The translations under genes and the position numbers were made by a program. Below are positions 15,773 through 33,320 of a stretch of DNA of 64,000 bases, in pieces (position 1 is the stretch's first letter; each line of letters starts with the position of its first letter). The stretch comes from the human T2T-CHM13v2.0 reference genome, Homo sapiens, in NCBI RefSeq assembly GCF_009914755.1, contig NC_060930.1. The stretch is one strand, 5' to 3'. The notes beneath the pieces were generated by a model that did no database searches, was not told the DNA's origin, and worked only from the letters and a program-made list of their open reading frames with translations.

Positions 15773-17062
15773 TAAAACTAAGTAAGTGTGTGTATGTGGC
15801 ATGGGGAAGAGATCTTTGCGCTAGGAATTAGTAGACATTGGGCAAAGCAGTTACCTTTCCTATCTTATAGTTTTAAGCTGGGAATGTAAACATTTTGTGA
15901 GTACTGCACACAAAGGCATAATGCATGTGAATGTGCTTTTAAAAGTTTGAAGTGCTATTTAAAAATACACCCACAAATGTAATTGAATTCTCTAACATTT
16001 GGAGTAATTCTATTGATCTAAAATGATGTAGTTGCATAGTGCTACTCACTCTCCATCCCCACGGCTCCTGGACCCCACCTCTCATTCCATTCCTCTCCTC
16101 TCTTTAGTGATTTTTTATTCTAATCATGTTCTGTAAATGGTCAGGAGCCAAAAGCTGCAAAAAGTCAAATAAGTATCTGGTGAAGAAATTATCCTTTGTG
16201 CCATAACATGATACTAAGTTAATTACTGTTTCGCTTCTACCTTTAAGAAAGTTGAGGATTTTTCCTTGAAGAATATTGCTTGCTTCAATGACTGCATACA
16301 GAAGTGGCCTAAGAGTTAAAATTACCAAGTATCAGAACTTTCCAACACCACCAGTGTTCTTAATATCTTCTAGATGATGAAGTTTAGAAATATAATTATA
16401 TTACATTTGCAATAGATGCTTAAGGCTTTCCATGCCTTTGTGAAATTATTTGCTTCTAAAGTGTTTTGCCAAAGTGAGTCAGATTTTTTTCCCGTTCTCA
16501 GAGGATGTGGTGCTGGAGAATGACAATCCCAGGGTAGATGCAGACTGACAGTGGAATTTCTTTCCTTGGATCCTTCCTGTCAGTAGTGCTTACTATGCTG
16601 ATAATTTTTTTTTCCTTTAAGCTCTGTTGGACTTGAATATGCTGATAATTCAAAATGGAACCAGCCACTTTTCATTCATTTTATCACTCAACACACCACT
16701 GTTTCCATGATAAGTTAAATACTGTTATAGCCACCAAAATTGTTTCCTAAGTATCAAAAAGCAGAAGCAGTCAGCCTTCTTGTGTTAAGACTAATGTAAT
16801 GAGAAAACCAGTAGAAAGCCAATAAAACTATACAGAGTTTAGGTTCGCAGTGTCATTGGGAATTAAAAGTTATCTTGATTTAGTAGTAGGAGAGCACATT
16901 TGTGAAAACTAGACTTAACAGATTTATGAATGCTTTCTAGATCCATGTCAGATAAATGAGCAGCCCTTAAAATACAATAATACAATCTGTAAACTTCTTT
17001 GACTTTTAAAGATAGCTGCCACTGAGGAGGGGCTTGTATTTTGCAGATGCTGGGAAATACAG

Positions 17063-17294
17063 GAGGTCAGGAGTTCGTGAACAGCTGGCCAACATAGTGA
17101 AACCCCATCTCTACTAAAAATACAAAAATTAGCCGGGCGTGGTGGCGCACATCTATATCCCAGCTACTCGGGAAGCTGAGGCAAGAGAATCGCTTGAACC
17201 TGGGAGGCAGAGGTTGCAGCGAGCGAGATTGCGCTACTGTACTCCAGCCTGGGCGACAGAGCGAGTCTCTGTCTCAAAAAAAAAAAAAAAAAAA
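17063..17294 (+). mobile_element. 5'-truncated AluS, part of the duplicated segment
   Basis: Begins at GAGGTCAGGAG; 3' flank matches that of the Alu at 9998. Confidence 0.9.
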
Positions 17295-17680
17295 TACTAC
17301 GTAAGCTTTCCCTGATTAATTCACATAACATAAACCGTTCCTCAGGTGTCTTGAAAAAAAAAGTAAATGAAAACAATTGATTCTTTCAACTTTCTTGTTT
17401 TGCAGTTGAGGAAGGAAATTGAAGCTCAAAATGGTTGAGTCATGCTACAGCATCACGTAAGTAAAGGGGCAGGAAAGAGCCCAAGGCCACCTGTCCTGGA
17501 AGCTGAAGGTGTGGATGGGAAGTAAGGAGGTGGAGACAGCCTAGGTTAAATATTCTTTTAAGAAGTGTGATTAACAAGGACTCATTAGAAGCAGTAGTTT
17601 ACAAAGTGCAGATTTCCACAAATGAAGTTTTGTGGGGGTTATTTATTGGGGTGGAAACTTTCTGAATAAATTTAATTGCT

Positions 17681-18127
<447 letters not shown>

Positions 18128-18344
18128 TTATCCTCTGAGACTAAGGCAAAGGACGTGTGGATGTAGGAAGAAGACAGTGGTTCCTGTCTGAGTGTGGGCT
18201 CCAGAGTAAAGAGCAATGTTGCACAGATATTCTGACTAGAAAAGAGAGACTACCATCTTTCTGGACATTGATGTCATAATACTATTAGTGCAGTCCAAGA
18301 TTTACTTAGCTTTTTTAGACAATAGATCACCTTTCCTTGGGAAA

Positions 18345-18960
<616 letters not shown>

Positions 18961-19098
18961 TAATTTAACCCTATTGAATTCTGCATGTTAAATTCATTTT
19001 ATTATTTCACTCTCCTAAGATCATTTAGAGTGCTGACTCTATCATTCCACGTACTTGTCCTCTCCAGCCTGTGTAATCTGTGAATCTGTTAAGAGCCC

Positions 19099-19525
19099 TG
19101 TGGCAGACACTGCTAATCGCATATCTGATATCCATTTTCACTTTCTTCCTTACACATCCCTGACTTAGTTGGATTGTAGCAATGGACCCAGTTTAGGTGC
19201 TTTAACTCCCAGCATCCCTTGCGGCTAGTGGTGGTCATGTGATACAGTTCTGGCCAATGAGATGAAAGCAGAGTCATTGGGTAGGCTTCCAGATCAGTTT
19301 ATTGAAGAGGCCAGACCCATGAGAATGAAAACCAAATTCAAAGAATGATGGAGAGGGAAAAACAAGTAGTCCAGGGCACGATGCCACTGTGGGGCTGTAG
19401 CGTCAGCCCTGTGTTGTGCACCTCCAGTCACATAACTCCTGGAGATGTGACAACAACAACTCCTATTTGATGAAGCCTCTGTCACTAGGTTTCTGTCACA
19501 TTTAGCTAATGCAATTACCACCTGT
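19099..19525 (+). mobile_element. MaLR LTR (MLT1J/K-like)
   Basis: Starts TGTGGCAGACACTG; internal ggtcatgtgat..agttctggccaatgagatg. Confidence 0.65.
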
Positions 19526-19559
19526 TGCAGATGCCATCTACAGTCTTATCAAAATATAT

Positions 19560-19976
<417 letters not shown>

Positions 19977-22900
19977 TCACACTCATATTCTCACAGCCAG
20001 TGTTAATTGTAGTACGCCATATCATTAGAATAACTCATACAAACCTCCCTTTTATATGATACCTTCTCTTCAAGATCTCATTTTACTTTACCCAAATTAT
20101 ATTATTAACCTTTCAAATGTCCTTGGGCATTAATAGGAATTAAAGAAAGTTTTTTGCTTCTCAGGGGAATATACTTTGGCTTTGAGTATCTGAGTGCCCT
20201 GCTCATAATCAGAGATCCAGAGGGAGTAAAGAAAATATACTTAAAAGCTTTTGCAACTATAGGGGCAACAGACTGGAAAAGGGGCCCAAATTTTCCTCTG
20301 GACTCAGATGGGTCACTTTGCCCTCAACCCCATTGTTGGGATCTCACTAAGAATAACTTTTTCCCTGTTAACATTTGCCACTCTTTCTAAATGGAAAACA
20401 GTTTGTACATTTCTCTTACCACCCAGAAGTAGGACAGTCCTGGCACAAACATTTCCTTGATATTTAATAACTCCCCAACTCCCTCCAACTGCTGCAGCTG
20501 CTGCACAGCAGACACAGGGAAAGATTAGATATGGCATTTGCACCTGGCCAGTCATAAACGGCTCCTTGGTTACATGCGAAGGTTAACAGGCCCAATTCCC
20601 TTCTCTTCTTCCACCCAGAATGCTGCAACATGAAAGAGAGCTGTAATTATTTATAAACAATAAAAACTCCTATGGAGCATATAAAATGAATGGGTTTATT
20701 TCCCTACTCAGAATGCAAGTAGACATTTTCCTGGTTGTCGACATCTTTGGGGCTATGATTAGAAATGCCTCCTCTACCCCTTGTATTTGAATGTGAGACT
20801 CTAGGTCTTGTTTGTATCAGAGTGATGGGGGCAGACTCTTCATATCTATTGTATGCTGTCTGCTACTTAGTGATTCTAACCTTTGCAAACTAAGACTCCT
20901 TCTCTTAGTAACGTTGCCTTGGTACTTTGTGGTACGTCTGCCACTAGCTGGCCTCTCTTCCCCTTGCTCCTGTTTTTCTGACCCAGCAATGATCTCAAGT
21001 GGGAGAAATGCAGCTCAGCTTGGGAAATGGGGCGGAGTTGGGGGCATTTCATTGAGTTCTCTCCTTAATCATGATTCAGTGGGTCCTGGCTGGCTCAACA
21101 CAAGACGAAAATGAGTTTATAGACCTCTATAGTCAGCTGTCATCTGCTTAGCTCCAATGTGGTAATTTGAGAGCAAAACAGAAAAAAATGCAAAAACTCA
21201 AAGACTCCATGTTAATAGATGACTTGAATGTGCTCCCTTTTTTCACAAACCCTAATGCTGTACACTTTTGCTACCAGTATGTTACATAAGCATGATTCAC
21301 TCTTAGAACTGAATGACTCCTTTGACCACTTGGAGTTCAGAGGCACACAAGGCACTGTAGTGGAAACGGAAGCTTGTCATATTGGTGGCACTTTCTACTC
21401 ATAGTTTCTAGGAGTTTCCAAGCTTTTCAAGTAGGAGAGCCTGTTTTTTACCCAAAAATAGCAGTTTTGTTTTCATCTCTGTTGATTGAGAACACCAAAA
21501 GTTACCACGAAAGCCGCACATTTTGTATTTATTCATCATTACAAAGCTACTTACGCATGAAAAAGAGCAGTACACATATTGCAATACGTTATTCTGTCCT
21601 TGATAATACTTGATATGTAGATTCCAGGACCCCTTAATGTAACCCAGAGGGTTCACAGGGATTCAAAGCCCAAATCAGTCACCTTTGAAAGAAAAAATGA
21701 CTCTTTTAGAAAGGATTTAAAGGGAGAGCTGTTAAAATCTTACAAAAACTTGCAGAATAAGATCCTTTGATACACCATGTTCCAAAGGACAAATGAGAAA
21801 TCTAGGGAGATAGCTTTTAAATTTCTAGCAATAATTTCAGCACTTAGGCATCTGCTGTTTAGCCAACCTATGGATATTGTATTTTTTAATGGACCAATGT
21901 AATTGGATAAAATTCCTAATCAGCTCAAAATTTTTATTTTAAATGAGTAACCCTTAGTATAATCACTGCATTAGCAATAGTGAACTACATTTGAAAATCC
22001 CTATTTAGTAAAACTACATTAAGTAAAATGCAAAAAATATGATAAGCAATCTAATTTAATTTCTATATGAGATTATTAACACATATTGCGCTATCATCTA
22101 TAATTTTAAAATCATGTTTTCTCTATCTAGACCTGTAAAATCATATTCTTATAATTGGATGTGTATTCAAAGTTATTTCTAGCTTTATTTTCCCTTTTGA
22201 ATTTGGGCAAGCAATAGTTCCTAAAAGAGTCTCCAGTTCACATCTTAAAACACAATGTAAAATTCTAGGGTAAATTACAGTCTAAATTACAGTCCTTTCT
22301 TCTCTAAAAAAATTGGGGGGAAAAGTATTCTGTATCTCATTTCCACTAATCCTCAACTGTTGGTCCTTGACTGCTTGTATTTTCTCATTGGAGTCTACTC
22401 TTCCCCATGGGATTATATTCGGTTTGTAATGTTTTCACTGGGTGAGAAGAAATGAGAGGATCAGCCTCACACCTAAGCCAAACTACTCCCTGGATAATCC
22501 TCTCCAGATAGCAAACACCAGGAAAGCAAAGATAAACGTCACATGGGCAACTCCAAGGATACACATCCCTAGTAGGAATACTTCAAGGCTTCCCCAGGTG
22601 CCTAGTAACAAAAACGATGTGGTCCACAAGCAGGAAAGATACACATTCCCAAGCAGAGTTTAAAGAAGTTAAACACTGACCCCCACCAAGCAGGCAGGGG
22701 ACCTGATAACCTCTCCTAGTCAGGCCGCCCAGAGAGATCTGTGAAAGCCAAAGGCCAGACTACTGACATAAATTCGACTGCCCTGACAATATGCAGTTGA
22801 CCTGCTGACATCTAATGGCTACGCACCTATGCAGACCTTCCAGAAGGGCAAAAATGAATGCTTCACTCTCACTCCTGTTTTGGGCACAAAGTTGCAGTCT

Positions 22901-22985
22901 TCACATAGTGTAACACCTCCTTCCTTCACCCCAAAGACTCCAACTCCTTCTCCCCAGCGCCCACCCCTAAGCCCACTCTTCCTGG

Positions 22986-23109
22986 ATTTGCATCCAGGTG
23001 CAAATTCATACATGTGGTGGGAATCCTTCATCCAAATGCAAATCATTTTGCAGAATCAGAATTCTTTTGCTATGGGACTGGATGGGCCAGCCTCTAGGAA
23101 AATTTGCAT
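22986..23109. promoter_or_regulatory. POU octamer cluster (candidate enhancer)
   Basis: ATTTGCAT 22986, ATGCAAAT 23036, ATTTGCAT 23102 and 1-mismatch GTGCAAAT 22998, in unique DNA. Confidence 0.45.
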
Positions 23110-23467
23110 ATTGACTGGTTATGATAGGCGCCACCATGGGTTACAGAAATGAAGGGACAAAGAGATCATTACAAAATCAAATTAACAAACAAATGAGAAA
23201 CAAATATACTCTATTAACTGTCTACATTTTTTCTGAACCCGGAAGAGACTAAAATTTAGAATGCTGAAATGCATCCAACTGAAAAGGGGCAAAAAGAATT
23301 TTAATGAATTACAACACAACTTGAGATGCAGACTGTATAATTAGAGTCTGAGACTGTAAGTCAGTGGAAAGCTGGCTTGATTTAGTCCCCTTCAGATGAT
23401 TTGCAAGAGAAAATGACTGTATTTCAAAGTAAGAGTTCCAAATAGATTATAATTTAAGACAGTGTAG

Positions 23468-23787
<320 letters not shown>

Positions 23788-24338
23788 TCAAGCTAATATT
23801 AGAACATTTTAAAAACATTTTCAACCAAATATTTTTAAATGACTTGCTAATATAAGACATTTTTTCTATGTTATAAACAATGAAACCAGAAATGTTCCCC
23901 CAAATTTAGTTCCAAATATTTTTCTTTAAAAATCCCATATTACTTTGTTCTTTAAATCATCCTCCTTAATCCAAATATATTGACACTGAAAAACCAACAT
24001 ATCTAGAGCCAGTGACGTAGATAAATGTGAGGGCAATGAAAAAGACTGACAGGAAAAATGTCAAAGCAATTCGTGAGATACATTTGCAAGTACTTTGACT
24101 GTTGAGGACACAAACTTGAGCAGTGAGAACAGAAACTCGGACAATGACCAATGTCACCTACCCTTGATCCTTGAAGTTGATTTGGATACCCTTTCCTCCA
24201 CCCACCTCCAAACGGGCATGCAGATTCATATCTTCAAGAGCTTTAGGATTATACATTGGCCCTGTGCAGACCTGGGCCACCTCTTTGCACAGGCTAGAAA
24301 TGGTTCAAAGTTTATCTGGAGATGTATTTCCTGAGTCA

Positions 24339-25525
<1,187 letters not shown>

Positions 25526-25566
25526 ATAACATTCCGTCTTGTCTCTCTAAGTAGACCGTATGTTTC

Positions 25567-26718
<1,152 letters not shown>

Positions 26719-26729
26719 CACACATTTCT

Positions 26730-27104
<375 letters not shown>

Positions 27105-27779
27105 TGACCTTTGAACCGTCGACCATAGCAGGAACTCTAGGCTAGATAGCCTGAGAGACTCTATTCAGAATAATTTGGTGTGATTACTGGCACATAGTGA
27201 TCTCTTTCTCTCTCTTTCCTGCCTTCCTTTCCCACTTTTCTGAAACCAAAGCAGAAGTGTGCATGTGCACACTTGAGTGAAGCTCCTCCTATTCCCATTG
27301 GACTGTAATTGTAGAACTCTTTCTTATCACCAAAGACTTGAAAGGCCTATCTTTATAAAAAGAAACGCCCACCCCTAACTGCTTAACCCTTCTCCATTCT
27401 AACAGTAAAACTTCCATTCTATGGTTGATGTCCATAGAGACAGCAGTTACATTTTTACCAACTGTGGTTTAAATAATGCCTCTCTTGGAGAATATTACAT
27501 TTTTCTTTTTCCCAATCAGTCCTTCCCATTTTTTCCCATTCGATATTCAGGGTCAATATCGAGCTCAAAATTCAATTATATACCAAGGTCTGCTGGCACT
27601 ATTTTATGTTGCAGTCTGTTGAGAAGGTACCAAACTCAATTATCAGGCATGTAGTAAGTATTCAATGAAAGTTCTTTACCTTTTCACCCCTTAACCTTAA
27701 AGCTACCTGAAGGTTGGAGTAGTGCATACCTTGTGTTATCTACTCCACTGAGAAAGCTCACAGCATTTACAAACCATTT

Positions 27780-29125
<1,346 letters not shown>

Positions 29126-29289
29126 ACTTGATTGCTGAGCCTCTGTATTTTCTGAATGATTTTAACCCTATTCATAGTTCCTGGTGCATAGCATTACTGC
29201 TTGCAATCATTCTATAGTTCATTCCACAGACATTTATGTGGTGTCTTTTAGGTAGAGTACTGTGTATATTATCATAGTGAGACTGGGAA

Positions 29290-29500
29290 GCAATGTAGTG
29301 TTGTGGTTAAGAGAGCAAGCTCAGGAATAGCCTTGTGCAAGTTACTTAAATGCTGTTCCTCAGTTTCCTCATCTGTAAACTGGGGATAATTACAGTATCT
29401 ACTTTATATGATGATTATAAGGAATAAATGGGGTAAATCATGTGAAGTGATCAAAACAGCATCTGCCACACATTAAGCACTTGGTAGATGAAAATTATTT
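29290..29500 (+). mobile_element. MIR
   Basis: gtggttaagag...cctcagtttcctcatctgtaaactggggata. Confidence 0.85.
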
Positions 29501-29519
29501 TGATGTATCCAGGAGCTAG

Positions 29520-29710
29520 TACAGGGGTTCTTAACCAAAGGTCCCTGGATTCCCAAGGTCCACAGATGGATTTCGATCGAGCATCTCAGAACTTCTTGAA
29601 ATTATTAGCAAAATTTAGAATAATTTGTCTAGACTTTATAGTTTAGAATATAGAGTTTTCGTCAGATTTTCAAAGGTAAGGAGAGGCCAAAAAACATCAG
29701 AATCCACTGA
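29520..29710. mobile_element. hAT-Charlie MITE
   Basis: Imperfect TIRs caggggttctt...agaatccactg. Confidence 0.5.
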
Positions 29711-30780
29711 AGTAGGGCAGTAGAGAGACCAGACAGAAATTTTGCCCTCAATGACTTCACAGTTTAATGGAGGAAATGGACATTTAGTAACAATAAGATG
29801 TGACAGCAGCTATACGGAAATGAGCCCACAATGCACTGGGGTACACAGAAAAGGGTCTCCTGAAGGAGTGATGCCACAAGCAAGGCTTCCTAGAAGAGGT
29901 GGCATTTAAGATAAATCTTAAAGTATGAATACAAGATAGCCAGATGGAAAAGGGGAGCAAGAGTGTTCCAGGCATAATGAGGGTCAGGTGCAAAGGTACG
30001 AGCTGGTGTGGGAAGAGCAAATTGTTGTGAGTGGATCAAGAAGAAACTGGAGACAGGGAGGCTAGTAAGGTGGGCAAGGAACTAGTCATGAAGGACTTTC
30101 ATTGAATGCTATGCTGAAGAGTTTACATGTTATATAGAAGGCCATCATGGTAGACATTGTGCTGACCAATATTTCCAATTCTCCTCCCCACCCTAGATTG
30201 AAGATATATTTCCTTGCCCTATTGCAGGTGGGGAAGACCATGGGAAAGATTCTGACTGATGCACTGTGACTTGAGGCAATGTGCCATTTTTAGATCAAAG
30301 CCTTCACATGCCAGGGCATGATTCTCTATTGCCGCAGCAGTCATGGAGGATGATTTGTGTTAAGATGGCTGATGTTTCAACTAAAGTCTCCACCAATGAG
30401 CTATACCCCTTACATGGCAGACTTTGAATGAGTGGAAAACAAATTGTGATTGCCTTTTGCCAGTGAGAATTGGAGGTTGTCTTTTACCTCACCATCTCTT
30501 GACTTAACATAACTAGTATAGCCATGGAAGGCCATTAAAAATGTTTTCCCTGAATATTACAAACAGGGGTTTGCATCCTATAGAGAAGGTGCTCTTGAGC
30601 GATGGAAGGATTCTAATTAGGGTCATGATTATGATATTTGTGTTGAAGATTGCTCTGGTAGTAGCAATGTGAACTACACAAGAGGTGAGGAAGCTGGATG
30701 CAGTCAGGAGGCTGGTACATTAGCTGCAAAGTGAAGCCAGCGGGGCCTCAACTAAGGCAATAGTCTTGGGTTGGGGATAG
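29710..30780 (+). mobile_element. L2 fragments interrupted by an MLT1-like LTR (~30146-30520)
   Basis: L2-type ggcttcctagaagaggtggcattt; MLT1-type body. Confidence 0.55.
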
Positions 30781-31736
30781 TAGGTAAGCTTGGGTCTTTT
30801 ATTATGCTTCAGGGGCTCATGAGTCTGCCAATTCATTATTGCAAATGTGTACTGAAATATATTCCCCAGTCTATATGGAAAGCATATTATTCTTACTTTC
30901 CATGATTACTAACTATGGTCACTGATTTTCATGGCAGAATTAGAAAAATTTATTAAGGAAAAGAAAGGGCAAGTCTGAAAGCTAACTTATTTATAAAAAA
31001 GCATTTCCAACTCTATTTTGATTTATTCTGAAACCCAGTTGTAATGAACCTAAGCATTCCTTGTACATGCAACATAAAGGGCATCTATGATTGTTTCAGT
31101 GGTGGTGAATAGTTTTACATATTCTGTAGCTAAACATAATCGATTTTGTAGCTTCCTAATGATCTACCCTGAGGAGTTATTATTCCTGATGGCAATTAAT
31201 CAAAATTAAAACAGACTGCATAGAATGAAGCAAATTCAAACATCCAGCCTCAGTTAGGAACACCTGCACATTAAGATTAATCATGGGCCCTGCTAGAATG
31301 TGACAGATATATCAATATTATAGAGAAAAGAGAAAGGTAACATTTTCCAGGAGAGTTCCAAGTGTATTTCCAAGGAGCAAAGGTTCTGAGCCTGAGTCTA
31401 GGTTGAACAAAACCACATAAAATCTGTATTTATCCATGACATTGAAATTAAAATTGTTTTCTTCCAAAGAGCTTAAGTAGTTGTGACAATTTGTGTTACA
31501 AAACCACAAGTACCATTGTAGAGAGCTCAAAGGAATTTAGATCAGTGAAATGTTGACTTTTTTTAAAATTTTTTTGCCCTGAATAGTATCAGAAGGTAGA
31601 TGAGAATTTACCTATTAGATATTCTTAAATTTAAAATCAAAATGTGCTTTTGTGTTTTTCTCAACTTTCTATTTTATATTCATTATGTTAATTGTTTTAC
31701 AAACCATGCCACTGTATAATAGAACTAGAGAGGTAG

Positions 31737-32232
31737 TGTTACTGAAACATCAGAGGCTCAGTCTAGGTCCTACTGCTGCTGCACAGAAAGCCAATCACCA
31801 AGACAATGAATTTTGCCAGGGAGGAGGGCTTTAATCAGGTGCTGCAGAAGAGGAGATGGGAGATCAGTCTCAAGTTCATCTTCCTGACTGACTAAAATTA
31901 GGAGTTTATGTAGCAGGGAAGAAATGTAATCATGTGAGGGAAGACAGGAATTAGGGAGGGGTTAGGAAGAGAAGTTGGTCAACAGGAAGAAGGTGGTCAG
32001 TTCATCCATCATGACTCATGAGGAGTCTGGTGTCCCATTGTCCAGATGCAATGATCTGGTGAGGTTCAGCTCCTTGATACTATCTGGGAGTCCTGATGGT
32101 TGGTTTCCTGAGAAAGGAACTCAGATAAGACAAAAGTAACTTTCTCAAGTTTTTAAACTGGGAGGATTACTTTTTACGTTTATTTAAAGAAACCATAAAT
32201 ATCAGTTCTGTGGGACAATTGGGCTGGTTTCA
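31737..32232 (-). mobile_element. ERV1 (MER4-group, LTR26-like) solo LTR inserted into a MIR
   Basis: TG...CA ends; perfect TSD GTAG; minus strand starts TGAAACCAGCCCAATTGTCCCA; MIR resumes at 32233. Confidence 0.75.
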
Positions 32233-33070
32233 GTAGCATAGCACAGTGATTAAGTGCACATTCTCTGAAGCCAGGTGAAATTGAATCCTACTTCCACCAA
32301 TATGAGCTGCGTTACCTTAAACAAGTTACTTCATACTTCGGCGTTTCAGTCTTCTCTGCGAATGGAGATAACAAAAAGATCTGCCTCTTAGGATTAACAA
32401 ATAAATGAATTCACATGAAAACAGTTTAGAATAGTACCTGATACATGGTGAGCAATTTATAATTATTTGCTATTATTATTATTGTATTTTTTTCATTTTA
32501 TTTTTATTTCAATAGTTTTTGGGGAACAGGTGGCTTTTGGTTACATGGATATGTTCTTTAGTGGTGATTTCTGAGATTTTGGTGCACCTGTCACCCAAGC
32601 AGTGTACACTGTATCCAATGTGTAGTCTTTTATCCTTCACTCCCCTCCAAACCTTCCCCCTGAGTCCCCAAAGTCCATTATATCATTTGTAGTTGTTATT
32701 ATCATTAAGCAAGTTACTTAAAGCTCTCTAGGCCTCCATTTCTCTATTTGTAAGATAGGGATTATAGCATTGCCTATATTATAGAATTATTATAAAGACT
32801 AAATAAGGCAATATAAGGGTATATTCTCCAACTAACAGATGATACAATAGCAATGATGATGATATCAATTATTGAGTGCTTGTTGTGTGCTAAGTTCTTT
32901 ACATATTCTATCTCATCTTCATAGAAAGTCTATGAGGTAGATACCACTTTATTCTTTTAACAGATGACAGAACTGAGGCATGGAGAGAAAGTAACCTGCC
33001 TCTTCTTACACAGCTTAATCAGCAGAATCAGGACTCTGGCTTGTGTGTCTCATTCTAAAACTTGTGCTTT
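32233..33070. mobile_element. MIR fragments and an antisense L1PB 3' fragment (~32485-32690)
   Basis: MIR cores; L1PB 3' UTR ttggttacatggat...gtggtgatttctgagattttggtgcacc. Confidence 0.7.
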
Positions 33071-33072
33071 TA

Positions 33073-33320
33073 GGCCAGGTATGGTGGTTCACACCTGTAA
33101 TTCTAGCACTTTGGGAGGCTGAGGTGGGAGGATTGCTTGAGCCCCGAAGTTTGAGATCAGCCTGGACAACAAACTGAGACCCCATGCATACAAAAATTTT
33201 GTTTTAATTAGCCAGGTTCAGTGGCATGTGCCTGTAGTCCCAGCCACTCAGGAGGCTGCAGTGGGGGGATCCCTTGAGCCCAGGAGTTTAAGGTGGCAAT
33301 GAGCTGTGATCCCATCATTG
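33073..33320 (+). mobile_element. AluJ, 3'-truncated at the LTR12C edge
   Basis: J-type GGATTGCTTGAGCCC; ends at ...GTGATCCCATCATTG. Confidence 0.9.
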
